The notes beneath the pieces are model-generated. The model saw nothing but the letters and a program-made list of their open reading frames with translations. It had not been told where the DNA came from and did not search any database. A DNA stretch of 64,000 nucleotides from Bacteroidota bacterium (GTDB lineage Bacteria; Bacteroidota; Bacteroidia; Bacteroidales; WCHB1-69), in the NCBI GenBank assembly GCA_022708105.1, contig JAKIZI010000005.1:2820-66819 (forward strand), given 5' to 3'. This document shows, piece by piece, positions 38,301 to 45,115 of this stretch. A program made the translations under genes and the position numbers. Position 1 is the stretch's first letter. Each line of letters opens with the position of its first letter.

Positions 38301-39695
38301 ACGTGCATTTTCAATTTTTTCATAATCAACACCCGCTGTAAATCCTTTGCTATTCAGGTTGGTTGATACCGAGCTCAAGTTTCGGATATCGGAAGAATCG
38401 ACCACAATATAGAGGTCATTGATTCGGTTATCGGGATAATTTCCACTAACATATTGCACTCTTGAAGATTGGATATAGCCACTACCCTCACCTAGGTCGG
38501 TAAATGCTACCACATTACGATTATTCGTGGTTGCGGAGCCAATGGTAGTTCGCCATACTTCAATTTTAGTAATGACAATAGGAGAACTTACCAATGGTAA
38601 GGTGGAAAGATACTGACTATAATGGTCTCTGTAAAATTGATTAAGGAAAAAGTGCCTATTTTCTTCGTATTCATCGGCCCTGAAATAAAACTCCGTCATT
38701 TGAGCTCCGCCGGAAACAGTAATCGTCTTTGATTCAGACTCTTGTTGAGACATAACAGCCGTGACGTTCAACTTTCCAAATTGCAATTGCGTTTTCAATC
38801 CAAATAGACTCTGACTCCCCACAATGAGTGAACTGCTAAGAGGCATTGTAACATCCCCAAACTCCAACAATTTAATAATTTCATCCTCTTTACCTTCATA
38901 CTTCAATTTCATTTTATTCTCAAAATCGAAATTAGCTTCGGTATTATAATTAAGGTTAAAATCAATTTTATCTCCAATTTTGGCAAGCACATTCAACTGA
39001 ATATTCTCATCAAAATTAAATTGGGTAACTTTCCTTTGTTTGACGGGCAGATTCGGATTATCGTTTTGGTTATAGATGACGCCAAAAATCAGCTCTGCAT
39101 TTCCGGAAGGGCGGATGTCGATAGTATTACTCCCAAAAATACCTTCAAAGAGGTCCCCACCGACGTGCAATTGCGGAATAATTCCTCCTCCGCGGCGATT
39201 ACTTCCCTGAGAAAAACTCACTCCGTTCTCACGCCAATAATCTTCAATACTCTTACGAAGATCATAATCAATATATTCATTGATATCCATGGAACCCGAT
39301 GGCCCGTATGGCTTACCCCCGATGGTATTTTGAAAATTATAAGAATTAGTTTCGGGATCATATTCAATAGAAGTCCCCATATTGGAAGGGTTACTCATAT
39401 AAAAAGGACTATTGTAATTGTTCTCCTCCAACGGATTATTAATTGGTTGAGGAATGGGCACTTGCAACCCTGTGTCCGGTGGCAGGCTGAGTCCGTCTGT
39501 CTGAATCGACTCATCTAAAACAATAACTTCTGATTCTGAAACAGCAGAGATCTCGGAATCTTTTTGCGAATTATAAGTAAATGAGGGTGCATTGCTCCCG
39601 AAATGCGGTGCCGGTATAGCCCATATTACTGAATACAAAGCACAAACAATAAATGCAGGGACAATATAAAATTTAGTGTTTTTTCCGATGGCCAC
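32358..39695 (-). CDS. sprA: cell surface protein SprA (T9SS translocon)
   Basis: 2445 aa with an N-terminal signal/TM segment and a giant beta-rich protein. Size and sequence character match Bacteroidota SprA/Sov. GTG start as given by the ORF track. Confidence 0.8.
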   Translation of the reverse strand: MAIGKNTKFYIVPAFIVCALYSVIWAIPAPHFGSNAPSFTYNSQKDSEISAVSESEVIVLDESIQTDGLSLPPDTGLQVPIPQPINNPLEENNYNSPFYMSNPSNMGTSIEYDPETNSYNFQNTIGGKPYGPSGSMDINEYIDYDLRKSIEDYWRENGVSFSQGSNRRGGGIIPQLHVGGDLFEGIFGSNTIDIRPSGNAELIFGVIYNQNDNPNLPVKQRKVTQFNFDENIQLNVLAKIGDKIDFNLNYNTEANFDFENKMKLKYEGKEDEIIKLLEFGDVTMPLSSSLIVGSQSLFGLKTQLQFGKLNVTAVMSQQESESKTITVSGGAQMTEFYFRADEYEENRHFFLNQFYRDHYSQYLSTLPLVSSPIVITKIEVWRTTIGSATTNNRNVVAFTDLGEGSGYIQSSRVQYVSGNYPDNRINDLYIVVDSSDIRNLSSVSTNLNSKGFTAGVDYEKIENARLLDPSEYTFNSKLGFISLNTALNSDQVLAVSYQYTVIGDDRVYQVGEFSNEVNAPQCIRAKLLKSTTLNTQSPLWKLMMKNVYSLSSYQVKAEDFRLNVLYTGDAEGIPNGFFNLGPKKGIPLIRLLGLDNLNQQKDPYPDGIFDFIDNAHTLGGTINAYNGRIYFPTVEPFGKDLREALGNDEFADKYAFDSLYTTTKAIAQQYTARNKYYLEGVYKSSSGSEISLNAMNVPEGSVKVTAGGITLTENVDYTVNYSMGTVSIINEGVLKSGTPISISLENKSTFGISTKYMFGADLEYKFSENFNVGATILNLREQPITQKVNYGDEPIKNTIWGMRTAYKTKANFITKIVDFLPFYSTTAESNIQFEGEFAHFIPGHSRAVGKEGVTYIDDFEATKSTVDLKNVNSWVLASTPQQQPTLFPEARPVSAGDHARRKLAYGYNRARLAWYVIDPIFYRNNSATPSNITREDQSKPYAREVYETELFPFKQQANAAEATYMAVFNMAFYPAEKGPYNYDVNGAEGLSDGMNPDGTLKNPDSRWGGIMRKMDNTDFEASNYEYIEFWMMDPFIENPNHQGGKLYFNLGDVSEDILRDGLKFFENGLPPDGTDDGVEYTVWGRVPTMQMIVNAFENDPAARQYQDVGYDGLHDDIERTHYNNTYLELLANEFGTSSPAYIAALEDPSADNFHYFRGSDYDADNVKILERYKYYNNADGNSPTDNQSTEQYPTTGSTIPNVEDVNNDNTLSEDEKYYQYVIDLRPDKMVVGENYINDVFEAVPEPLPDGSRPTTKWYQFKIPIKNPDKVVGGINGFNSIRFMRVFMKDFSEPIFCRLATFELVRSDWRVYSLDLMDDGDYIPGPGSGNTTINVSTLSYEENANRTPIPYVLPPGIEREQGFGGTQVYYVNEQALTMKVKDLSDGDARAIYKNTVFDIRKFKKLRMFVHGEKMFAQDNIKNGDVTVFIRLGSDFTENYYEYEIPLEITPWGVGADSTAIWPVNNRMEINLADLVAAKQERNVLSRSGEYSITIPYETVINGKLITVVGSPSLSEVNTIMVGVRNPKKQNLNDGDDMLPKSVEVWINELRLSGYDESSGFAARGQMRMNLADLGDFTLSGTYSTPGFGTLEQKVSETQKETLYTIDIATNVDAGKILFPQKWNIKIPVHYDYNLNMSIPEYNPLNPDVKLKEDLKTYLRKEDRDSIQAMTTEMVVRQNLNIMNVRKERNFDKEIKIRPWDIENFDLSYAYSEVKSRDVNTEFDNEFRHEGEIGYSFKHNPKNFRPLGSVKAFKSPWLQLFREFNFYLLPQMFTFRTNVTREMNEFKLRPKSQGNIIIDTSFVKDFQWSRTYNLRWDLSQGLKFEYSAIAQTRIDEPQGRIDTRTEKDTLWRNFGNGGRVTNFNQRFDASYRIPINMIPLFNWITANVRYTSTYNYLASALSMKSLGNTIENSNTFQGNVNVNFVTLYNNIPYLKKVNQGIIRMQEQAYRQADKDKGKKNANSKKKFDPSMGQEYADSESAKEKQDTFKINVGKLILDGTLRFLMMVRNASFSYSEGTGTSLPGFMPAPNLFGLNFKNSAPGFLFVFGGQPDIRHIASESGWMTKDTLLNTAFQSRYNQVINARASIEPFKDFRIDVTANRNVTRNFTEYYVPNAQGEYKSYTPQTTGTFSTSFFALSTFFSDNEDVFQNFKLLRRELADRYSLMNENSNGIIDTATGYPFGYSATSQDVLISAFLAAYGGQNVKTLDISSPFVKVPLPNWRLNYTGLTKIKGVNKVFQNFSINHAYVSNYSVGNYASNLNYGEDVNGMPNKLDANRNFIPTYEIGQVTLTEQFSPLIGLDMTFTNSLLFKVEFKKSRNISLSFANNQITEVNSHEFTFGGGYRFKDITIGFIFSGMKRQVVSDLNLTVNFSLRDNKTVLRKIVEDLTQVSSGMLTMTINVSADYQISNMVGLAFFYDHVINRPYISNQYNNMNINAGIKVRLMLSQ

Positions 39696-39716
39696 GTCTT
39701 CTCTACCGGTTTTAGA

Positions 39717-40307
39717 TTATAACAACTTTAACGCTTTTTTTATCAAATCTTCCACCGAAAGAGAAATCCCTTCCGATTGAATAATTTTATCGAGCATGGC
39801 TTCCGCGGAATTCTTTGCAAAACCCAAGGAAACTAATGCTGATAACGCCTCATTTTTGTTATTATTGTTAATTTTAGAAAATTTATCTGTATTTTGAGGT
39901 ACTGTTTTCATTATTTTATCCTTCAAATCAAGGACTATACGTTGCGCAGTCTTACTACCGATACCTTTCACCGATTGAATAGTCCGCACATCTTCGGTCG
40001 CAATGGCTTGGCATAACTCTTGGGCATTAAGGGAAGAAAGAATCAATCGAGCCGTATTGGCACCGATTCCATTCACACTTATCAACAACCGAAACAGCAT
40101 ACGCTCGTCTTCATCCGCAAAGCCGTATAAAAGATGCGCATCTTCTTTTATTAGATAATGTGTGAAAATTTTAACCTGATTTTCCTCTTTTAATTTAGTA
40201 AATGTATATAAGGAAATATGTACGAAATAAGCTACGCCACCTGCTGTTTCCACAATCAGATAAGCGGGATTTTTTTCTATTAACTTTCCTGTAATATAGG
40301 TAATCAT
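39717..40307 (-). CDS. ruvA: Holliday junction branch migration protein RuvA
   Basis: MITYITGKL..., HhH motifs LISVNGIGANTA and VKGIGSKTAQRIVLDLK. Start at ATG 40307; the TTG at 40328 lies inside the -7 box. Confidence 0.92.
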   Translation of the reverse strand: MITYITGKLIEKNPAYLIVETAGGVAYFVHISLYTFTKLKEENQVKIFTHYLIKEDAHLLYGFADEDERMLFRLLISVNGIGANTARLILSSLNAQELCQAIATEDVRTIQSVKGIGSKTAQRIVLDLKDKIMKTVPQNTDKFSKINNNNKNEALSALVSLGFAKNSAEAMLDKIIQSEGISLSVEDLIKKALKLL

Positions 40308-40325
40308 TGCGGTAAAATAAAGTTG

Positions 40326-40333
40326 CAAAGATA
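40326..40333 (-). promoter_or_regulatory. putative -7 box (TAnnTTTG) for ruvA-sprA
   Basis: Plus-strand CAAAGATA equals TATCTTTG on the minus strand, 19 nt upstream of the ATG at 40307. Confidence 0.4.
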
Positions 40334-40486
40334 TAAAAAAAAGTCTTTGTCATAAAGCCTTAGCACAAACAGAAAAGAGAAATTCGCAAGCTTTAGAATG
40401 TAAAAACAGCTAAGAAAATCTTTTTCAAACGGTTACCATTCGGAAAAAAAATATTTTTGATACTATTTTTGAATTGAAAAAAAGTG

Positions 40487-40494
40487 TATTTTTG
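40487..40494 (+). promoter_or_regulatory. putative -7 box (TAnnTTTG) for infC-rpmI-rplT
   Basis: TATTTTTG, 60 nt upstream of the proposed infC start. Confidence 0.45.
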
Positions 40495-40553
40495 CACTCA
40501 ATTTTTTATAAATAAAGTTATTATAAAAATAATTTAAGAAAGGAGAACAAAGT

Positions 40554-41111
40554 ATCGCAACACAACGTACTCAAACTGCATTTAATCGCAGGCTTCCCCA
40601 TAAGCGTGAGGCTGCTCACAAAATTAATGAATTCATCACTTCCCAGACGGTCCGGGTTGTGGCTGACGGCATGGAGCCAAAAATCGTTCCGATTAAAGAG
40701 GCATTGGATTTGGCCAATCAATACGAATTGGATTTAGTTGAAATTTCTCCCCAAGCCAACCCTCCTGTTTGCAAAATTATGGATTATCAAAAATTCCTTT
40801 ACGAACAGAAGAAAAAGCAGAAAGAGATTAAAGCGAAATCGGCAAAAATTGTCATTAAAGAGATTCGTCTCGGGCCTCAAACAGATGAACATGACTTTGA
40901 GTTTAAAGTCAACCATGCGGTTAAGTTTCTGAAAGACGGATGCAAAGTTAAAGTCGATGTCTTCTTCAAAGGACGGTCAATCGTTTACAAAGAACAGGGA
41001 GAATTGATCTTGTTGAAATTCGCGCAAGCCGTTGAAGATTATGGAAAACCCGAGCAACTTCCGAAATTGGAAGGAAAACGGATGATTATCATTCTTAATC
41101 CTAAAAAATAG
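40554..41111 (+). CDS. infC: translation initiation factor IF-3 (probable non-AUG ATC start)
   Basis: The frame is open from 40533. Upstream of the ORF-track GTG (40659), the in-frame peptide [39 protein letters not shown] is a typical IF-3 N-terminus (INE-I---VRV). AAGGAG (40540..40545) lies 8 nt before ATC 40554. No in-frame ATG is available upstream. Confidence 0.7.
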   Translation: MATQRTQTAFNRRLPHKREAAHKINEFITSQTVRVVADGMEPKIVPIKEALDLANQYELDLVEISPQANPPVCKIMDYQKFLYEQKKKQKEIKAKSAKIVIKEIRLGPQTDEHDFEFKVNHAVKFLKDGCKVKVDVFFKGRSIVYKEQGELILLKFAQAVEDYGKPEQLPKLEGKRMIIILNPKK

Positions 41112-41157
41112 AAAATTGCAATACCACTCTAAATAGTAACCTTAAAAATCTTTAGAA

Positions 41158-41352
41158 ATGCCAAAAATGAAAACCAAATCCGCTGTCAAAAAAAGGTTTA
41201 CCCTTACCGGCACCGGAAAAGTAAAAAGACACCACGCCTATCACAGCCACATCCTTACGAAAAAATCGAATAAGAGAAAACGTAATCTGGCTTATAGTGC
41301 CATCGTGGACAAGACCATGGAACGTACTGTAAAACAAATGCTTGGTCTGTAA
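41158..41352 (+). CDS. rpmI: 50S ribosomal protein L35
   Basis: 64 aa. [22 protein letters not shown]. Confidence 0.95.
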   Translation: MPKMKTKSAVKKRFTLTGTGKVKRHHAYHSHILTKKSNKRKRNLAYSAIVDKTMERTVKQMLGL

Positions 41353-41435
41353 AAAAAATTATTAACTTTACGCACAGCCCTAAAAGAGTTTAATTATGTT
41401 AAACCGCTGACGTAAGCAAAAGAAAGGAGAATATT

Positions 41436-41783
41436 ATGCCAAGATCAGTGAATCATGTTGCTTCAAAAGCAAGAAGAAAAAAGATTTTGAATCGTACCAA
41501 AGGGTACTTCGGAAAGCGTAAAAATGTTTGGACCGTTGCCAAGAATACTTGGGAAAAAGGACAACAATATGCTTACCGCGATCGTAAAAACAAAAAAAGA
41601 GCATTTAGAAGTTTGTGGATTACCCGTATCAATGCGGGCGTTCGCGAATACGGCTTATCCTATTCCTCTTTTATGGGAATGGTTGCTAAGAAGGGAATTG
41701 AGTTAAATCGCAAAACCCTCGCCGACCTCGCAATGAATAATCCGGCGGCATTCAAAGCTATCGTTGACCTGGTAAAAAAATAA
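41436..41783 (+). CDS. rplT: 50S ribosomal protein L20
   Basis: 115 aa. [18 protein letters not shown]...AYRDRK..KR.FR.LWI.RINA. Confidence 0.95.
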   Translation: MPRSVNHVASKARRKKILNRTKGYFGKRKNVWTVAKNTWEKGQQYAYRDRKNKKRAFRSLWITRINAGVREYGLSYSSFMGMVAKKGIELNRKTLADLAMNNPAAFKAIVDLVKK

Positions 41784-41834
41784 AACCTGTCAATAAAGTT
41801 GTATTTCATCCGAGTGGATTGCAATCCCTAAAGA

Positions 41835-41860
41835 GCGGACCCTTGTGGCCCGCTTTTTTT
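41835..41860 (+). terminator. rho-independent terminator after rplT
   Basis: GCGGACC-cttgt-GGCCCGC (one mismatch) followed by T7. Confidence 0.6.
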
Positions 41861-41906
41861 CTGAAAAAATATTTTGGAAAATAAGCGTTCCTTTGAAAAA
41901 AAATTG

Positions 41907-41914
41907 TATTTTTG
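41907..41914 (+). promoter_or_regulatory. putative -7 box (TAnnTTTG) for tRNA-Leu
   Basis: TATTTTTG, 12 nt upstream of the mature tRNA 5' end. Confidence 0.45.
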
Positions 41915-41925
41915 CAGCCTCAAAA

Positions 41926-42009
41926 GCCCAGGTGGTGGAATTGGTAGACACGCTACTTTGAGGGGGTAGTGGGAGGACTCCCGTGCAAGTTCGACTCTTG
42001 TCCTGGGCA
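41926..42009 (+). tRNA. tRNA-Leu (anticodon GAG), class II with long variable arm
   Basis: Hand-folded. Acceptor GCCCAGG/CCTGGGC. D arm GTG-GAATTGGTAGA-CAC. Anticodon stem CTACT/GGTAG with loop TT-GAG-GG. Variable arm GGGA..TCCC. T arm GCAAG-TTCGACT-CTTGT. Discriminator A. CCA is not encoded. Confidence 0.9.
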
Positions 42010-42017
42010 CTGAATCT

Positions 42018-42047
42018 AAAGACCGTTTTTCGCGGTCTTTTTTTATT
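42018..42047 (+). terminator. rho-independent terminator after tRNA-Leu
   Basis: AAAGACCG-tttttcg-CGGTCTTT followed by a T run. Confidence 0.65.
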
Positions 42048-42194
42048 TTCCGATATTTTCTTTCTATTTTAATTTATTGTTGTCCGGTAAAAAATAAACA
42101 TCTGATTAGGGGCAATCATTGTAGGAACTTTGTATTGAAAACCTTCCTCGAATTCATACATAGTTATGCTCAAACTCGCACATAGTTATGTACA

Positions 42195-42282
42195 GCTCAA
42201 AATGAAGCGTGGTTTTACTCAAAATGAAGCGTGGTTTTACTCAAAATGAAGCGTGGTTTTACTCAAAATGAAGCGTGGTTTT
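42195..42282. repeat. tandem repeat, 4 x 22 bp
   Basis: (G/A)CTCAAAATGAAGCGTGGTTTT x4. Copies 2-4 are identical and copy 1 differs only at its first base. Preceded by two ACATAGTTATG copies (about 42165 and about 42180). Confidence 0.9.
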
Positions 42283-42338
42283 TGTTCGAAGGAAGTTAAC
42301 AATAAAAAGTTTCTCAGATGATAACTGTTAAGCAGCAG

Positions 42339-42369
42339 TTTATAAAAAGAGTCAGAGTCTTTTTATAAA
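42339..42369. terminator. AT-rich hairpin, possible terminator of the minus-strand GT2 operon
   Basis: TTTATAAAAAGA-gtcagag-TCTTTTTATAAA, a 12-bp stem 100 nt downstream of the stop at 42469. Confidence 0.35.
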
Positions 42370-42468
42370 TAATCATTAAAGATTGATACAACAAACGATT
42401 TGCTCTACTTACACAAATTTATAGTTTTACGAATGATAATAAAGAAACTCTAAAGAAAAATTATTCTC

Positions 42469-43419
42469 TTATAATGTTTTCTCTACAAGATATTTATTGC
42501 GATCCTGGGAGGAACGGGAAATCAATTCGGCAATAAAACCGGACAAGAATAGCTGCATCCCGATAATCATCGCCAACAGGGCAATGTAGAAAAGCGGCTG
42601 GTCGGTAACCTGACGATAGATGGTATGCTGCCCAATGGCAACAAGTTTCTGAATGATGAGAACCAACGCAATAATGCCTCCGAGCAGGAAAGAGGCAGAA
42701 CCGAGCAATCCGAAGAAATGCATCGGTTTTTTGCCGAAACGGGTCACAAAAGAGATGGTAATCAAATCGAGATAACCATTCACAAATCTGGTCCATCCGA
42801 ATTTGCTGACACCATATTTTCGTTTTTGGTGTTGCACTACTTTTTCGCCAATCTTATGAAAGCCAGCCCATTTGGCGATTACAGGGATGTAACGATGCAT
42901 ATCACCATAGATTTCAATAGTTTTTACTACCTCTTTGCGATAAGCTTTGAGACCGCAATTGAAATCATGTAACTTTATTTTCGACATTCTACGCGTAGTC
43001 CAGTTGAAGAACTTGGAAGGAATATTTTTAGCCCATTTAGAATCATATCTTACCTTTTTCCATCCAGAAACGATATCAAACCCCTCTTGGGTAATCATTT
43101 GGTACAATTCGGGAATTTCGTCGGGACTATCCTGTAAATCGGCATCCATAGTAATGACTACATCGCCTTCAACGATTTCGAAAGCAGCATTCAGGGCAGC
43201 CGATTTCCCGTAATTCCGTCTGAATTTAATTCCTTTAATCGACTCGTTTTTCGCTTTAAGTTGCTCAATCACCGACCATGATTTATCGGTTGACCCATCA
43301 TCAATCAATATAATTTCATAGGAAAGTTGATGCGTTTCCATCACGCGATGAATCCATTCCACCAATTCGGGTAGAGACTCTTCTTCATTATATAAGGGAA
43401 TAACAACCGATATATTCAT
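42469..43419 (-). CDS. family 2 glycosyltransferase, polyprenol-phosphate glycosyltransferase-like (GtrB/ArnC/DPM1 type)
   Basis: 316 aa. VVIPLYNEEESL and DDGSTD motifs, DxD (TMDADLQD), and two C-terminal TM helices. Confidence 0.85.
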   Translation of the reverse strand: MNISVVIPLYNEEESLPELVEWIHRVMETHQLSYEIILIDDGSTDKSWSVIEQLKAKNESIKGIKFRRNYGKSAALNAAFEIVEGDVVITMDADLQDSPDEIPELYQMITQEGFDIVSGWKKVRYDSKWAKNIPSKFFNWTTRRMSKIKLHDFNCGLKAYRKEVVKTIEIYGDMHRYIPVIAKWAGFHKIGEKVVQHQKRKYGVSKFGWTRFVNGYLDLITISFVTRFGKKPMHFFGLLGSASFLLGGIIALVLIIQKLVAIGQHTIYRQVTDQPLFYIALLAMIIGMQLFLSGFIAELISRSSQDRNKYLVEKTL

Positions 43420-43429
43420 AATTTTAACA

Positions 43430-44320
43430 TTAAGGATTTTCCGGACTGTCTGTCTCTTTTTTTCGATAGAGGTACAGAGCGGTAAATATATTTACAAAAA
43501 TGCCGTAGCAAAAAATTAAAGAGGCACTGATAAACGCAATGGTGAAAATACTATCGTAGCGGGGTATTTTAGAGGAACTCTGTTCCAATCTCAGACTTAA
43601 GGGAGAATAATTATCGAGTTCTTTTTGGGTTTCTGCCACTATCTGTTGAATTCCCCGGACACAAGCTTCGTTACTTTCGGGGAAAGTTTTGATATGCTGC
43701 TCTGTAATCTCCCACAAAGTTTTTCGGGCAAAGCGGGTGAAATTTTTAATAGCATAGAGCGCCGTGTCCGATTTTACTTTCGGACCGAGTATCCGAATTG
43801 ACAAATAGGAATTGATAGTATCTATGGCATTGCGGAGGCAAGCGGAATCGGCAGTATCGTTCTGCTGTACGAAAGTGTCGGTTTGGCATTGCAGTGATTG
43901 GCGCGCGGTTGTCAAAAAGTGTTCTAATTCAGCGGAATTAAGTGTATCTTTTTGTACTTTTTCTAGATAAAGTTGTTCATTTTTCTTGTTAATTCTATCG
44001 ATGCCGTCAGGCTCAATTGATTTGTAGTGCAGAAACATATAGCCAAAGTAGAGAACGAATGCGGTCACGGTAATAAGTGCTCCGAAGCCAAACGCCTTCG
44101 CGTATGTAATGGTTTTGTTTTTAAGAGAATCTCGGTATTGTTTTGTACCGACCAAAATGATGCCAATCAGGACAATAATGAGCAACAAATCGTAGATAGC
44201 CGAAAAAGAATAGTCGATTTTACGAGCGACCATTCTCAACAATTCGAGGATGGCAAGGCACAATGCCAACAATCCTCCCCATTGTAAGAACATCTTTATC
44301 CTTTTCCCCGACATACCCAA
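43430..44320 (-). CDS. membrane protein (possibly DUF4199-like) with an inserted soluble segment
   Basis: 296 aa with four predicted TM helices. Co-directional and tightly packed with the GT2 gene. Family assignment is tentative. Confidence 0.5.
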   Translation of the reverse strand: MGMSGKRIKMFLQWGGLLALCLAILELLRMVARKIDYSFSAIYDLLLIIVLIGIILVGTKQYRDSLKNKTITYAKAFGFGALITVTAFVLYFGYMFLHYKSIEPDGIDRINKKNEQLYLEKVQKDTLNSAELEHFLTTARQSLQCQTDTFVQQNDTADSACLRNAIDTINSYLSIRILGPKVKSDTALYAIKNFTRFARKTLWEITEQHIKTFPESNEACVRGIQQIVAETQKELDNYSPLSLRLEQSSSKIPRYDSIFTIAFISASLIFCYGIFVNIFTALYLYRKKETDSPENP

Positions 44321-44339
44321 GCAGCGTTAATCATGATTA

Positions 44340-45041
44340 TTATTCTTCCTCATCGGTGCCCAGTCCGAGCATGCTTTTCACTTCCGCAGGAGCATCAGCA
44401 ATAGCTACCCAGCCGGCAGGAAGTAAAAAGTCGATGGCTTTAATTTTCTTATTGGGAATTACTTCTGTAGCTTCAATTACAACCATATAAGGAGAACCGG
44501 CATTGTCTATTTCCACTGCCGTGTACAATGGATATCCTTTCAATCCCGGATAGTCATAAGATTTATAGGTGGAAGGATTCATTAGTTTATCTGTCACATA
44601 AAGCGTTACGGTTTGTACTTCGTCGGTTTCAAGGTCAGTCATGGTCACGATTGCTTTTTTACATTCGTAGCCGGCGATGGTTTTCACATCAGATTCGTCA
44701 TAAACGAAATCGTATTGAGTCAACTTATAGTTTGCAGTATCGCTAATAAGGTATTTTCCATATGCCATAGAAGAGAGATCAAGAATAATATGCATAATTC
44801 CGGTATTTCCGTTACGAATAACAACTTGTCCCATTCCACCGGGGCTAGTAACGACTATCTTAGTTTGACTGCCCAATACGGTTTCATCGTACTCCCCTTT
44901 CACTTGTGAAAGAATATTCGGATCGGTAGTACCATCGGCATAAGTTTTCAATTTAATTACTCCGCCAAAATCTTTTTGCGCATAAACGGTTGTGGATAAA
45001 ACGGTTACCAATAGTAGCCCTAAAATAAATAATTTTCTCAT
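44340..45041 (-). CDS. secreted hypothetical protein
   Basis: 233 aa. Signal peptide MRKLFILGLLLVTVLSTTVYAQ, beta-rich body and acidic tail. Confidence 0.55.
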   Translation of the reverse strand: MRKLFILGLLLVTVLSTTVYAQKDFGGVIKLKTYADGTTDPNILSQVKGEYDETVLGSQTKIVVTSPGGMGQVVIRNGNTGIMHIILDLSSMAYGKYLISDTANYKLTQYDFVYDESDVKTIAGYECKKAIVTMTDLETDEVQTVTLYVTDKLMNPSTYKSYDYPGLKGYPLYTAVEIDNAGSPYMVVIEATEVIPNKKIKAIDFLLPAGWVAIADAPAEVKSMLGLGTDEEE

Positions 45042-45085
45042 TGTGCTTTTATTTTATTAATAATTTCTTTATATAAATTGAAATG

Positions 45086-45093
45086 CAAAGATA
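45086..45093 (-). promoter_or_regulatory. putative -7 box (TAnnTTTG)
   Basis: Plus-strand CAAAGATA equals TATCTTTG on the minus strand, 45 nt upstream of the ATG at 45041. Confidence 0.4.
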
Positions 45094-45115
45094 GTAAAAA
45101 TATATTGTCTAACTG

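Noticed and set aside
41828-42010. 60-aa ORF on the minus strand
   Set aside because: It is entirely explained by the rplT terminator and the tRNA-Leu gene on the opposite strand.
42195-42282. The 22-bp repeats as a CRISPR array
   Set aside because: The repeats are directly abutting with no spacers, and no cas genes are nearby.
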